From positions 34,468 through 98,467 of the forward strand of contig DUDF01000068.1 in the NCBI GenBank assembly GCA_012959435.1: 64,000 bases of DNA. Reading direction: 5' to 3'. The position numbers and the translations under genes were made by a program. The stretch is from Candidatus Poseidoniales archaeon. GTDB taxonomy: Archaea; Thermoplasmatota; Poseidoniia; Poseidoniales; Thalassarchaeaceae. Positions within the stretch are counted from its first letter, which is position 1. The number at the start of each line of letters is the position of its first letter. Below are positions 63,679 to 64,000 of the stretch, in pieces. The notes under the pieces were generated by a model that did no database searches, was not told the origin of the DNA, and saw only the letters and a program-made list of their open reading frames with translations.

Positions 63679-64000
63679 ATGGCCACACCTCTAGGCTGGA
63701 TACGCGAAGCATTACTCGCAATCGGATTAATTTCGCTTCTAGTAATTGGCCTATGGGCAACCACTGGCACCGTACCTCCAATGGTAGTTGTTGAGTCATC
63801 ATCAATGATGCATGATAGTGAAGGAGAAGTTGGGGCGATTGACCCTGGTGACCTAGTCCTCGTCATGTCAACGTCGCGCCGAACCAAGATTATTAGCATG
63901 GCAGAAGCAATGGAGGAAGGTGGCGAATTAGAAGGATGGGAATCACATGGTAAACCCGGAGATGTCATCATCTACAAGAAAAATGGTGGTATTGACACTC
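63679..64000 (+). CDS. Signal peptidase I, archaeal/Sec11-type (5' part; runs off the right edge)
   Basis: Hand translation gives MATPLGWIREALLAIGLISLLVIGLWATTGTVPPMVVVESSSMMHDSEGEVGAIDPGDLVLV... It has a TM anchor, the catalytic-Ser box (V-E-S-S-S-M) and GDLVLV, typical of S26 peptidases. It is absent from the ORF track because no stop lies in the window. Confidence 0.7.
   Translation, partial: MATPLGWIREALLAIGLISLLVIGLWATTGTVPPMVVVESSSMMHDSEGEVGAIDPGDLVLVMSTSRRTKIISMAEAMEEGGELEGWESHGKPGDVIIYKKNGGIDT

Noticed and set aside
63648-63971. 107-aa minus-strand ORF at the right edge
   Set aside because: It is antisense to the plus-strand signal peptidase I reading frame, which has clear catalytic-box motifs.
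1-64000. Search for integrases, transposases, phage genes or restriction-modification, CBASS, Cas or other known defence modules
   Set aside because: I recognised none in any of the listed ORFs. The window looks like core chromosome plus surface-protein genes rather than a mobile or defence island.

Overview
This is a gene-dense archaeal chromosomal segment. It is about 90% coding, and most intergenic gaps are under 100 bp. It looks moderately AT-rich by eye, but GC content was not computed.

Archaeal identity rests on EF-1alpha plus S10, the conserved L7Ae-S28e-L24e-Ndk-aIF5B array, deoxyhypusine synthase, geranylgeranyl reductase, a GINS-like protein, an archaeal presenilin homologue and an archaeal-type signal peptidase. 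The gene content (giant sequon-rich surface proteins, a leucine/methylcrotonyl-CoA catabolic cluster, UvrB, CcmF) suggests a streamlined planktonic marine euryarchaeote of the Marine Group II/III (Poseidoniales-like) kind. That placement is an unverified inference from memory.

I call about 48 CDSs, including one sub-60-aa ORF and two edge-truncated CDSs that are absent from the ORF track, and two tRNAs: Leu-CAA and Ile-GAU. I found no rRNA, CRISPR array, transposase or integrase.

The most notable observations are:
- Five unrelated proteins end in a cytoplasmic C-terminal Glu-Glu-Glu, and a RimK-family alpha-L-glutamate ligase is encoded in the same window.
- A short [MW]-P-E-G motif recurs in cytoplasmic segments of three membrane proteins.
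- A presenilin/SPP-type intramembrane protease carries a roughly 370-aa extracytoplasmic insertion.
- Two giant type-I surface proteins (2104 and 1704 aa) share a CARDB-QNL-TM-acidic-tail anchor module.
- A ParA plus ribbon-helix-helix plus 83-aa cassette resembles SegAB-type partition loci or a toxin-antitoxin pair.
- An ArsR / triple zinc-ribbon / 859-aa E/R-rich helical protein module.
- A 586-bp AT-rich intergenic region, the only long non-coding stretch, is packed with CAATTG-core repeats.
- prs appears interrupted at a homopolymer run.

All functional calls come from motif recognition by eye. No database search or HMM was run.
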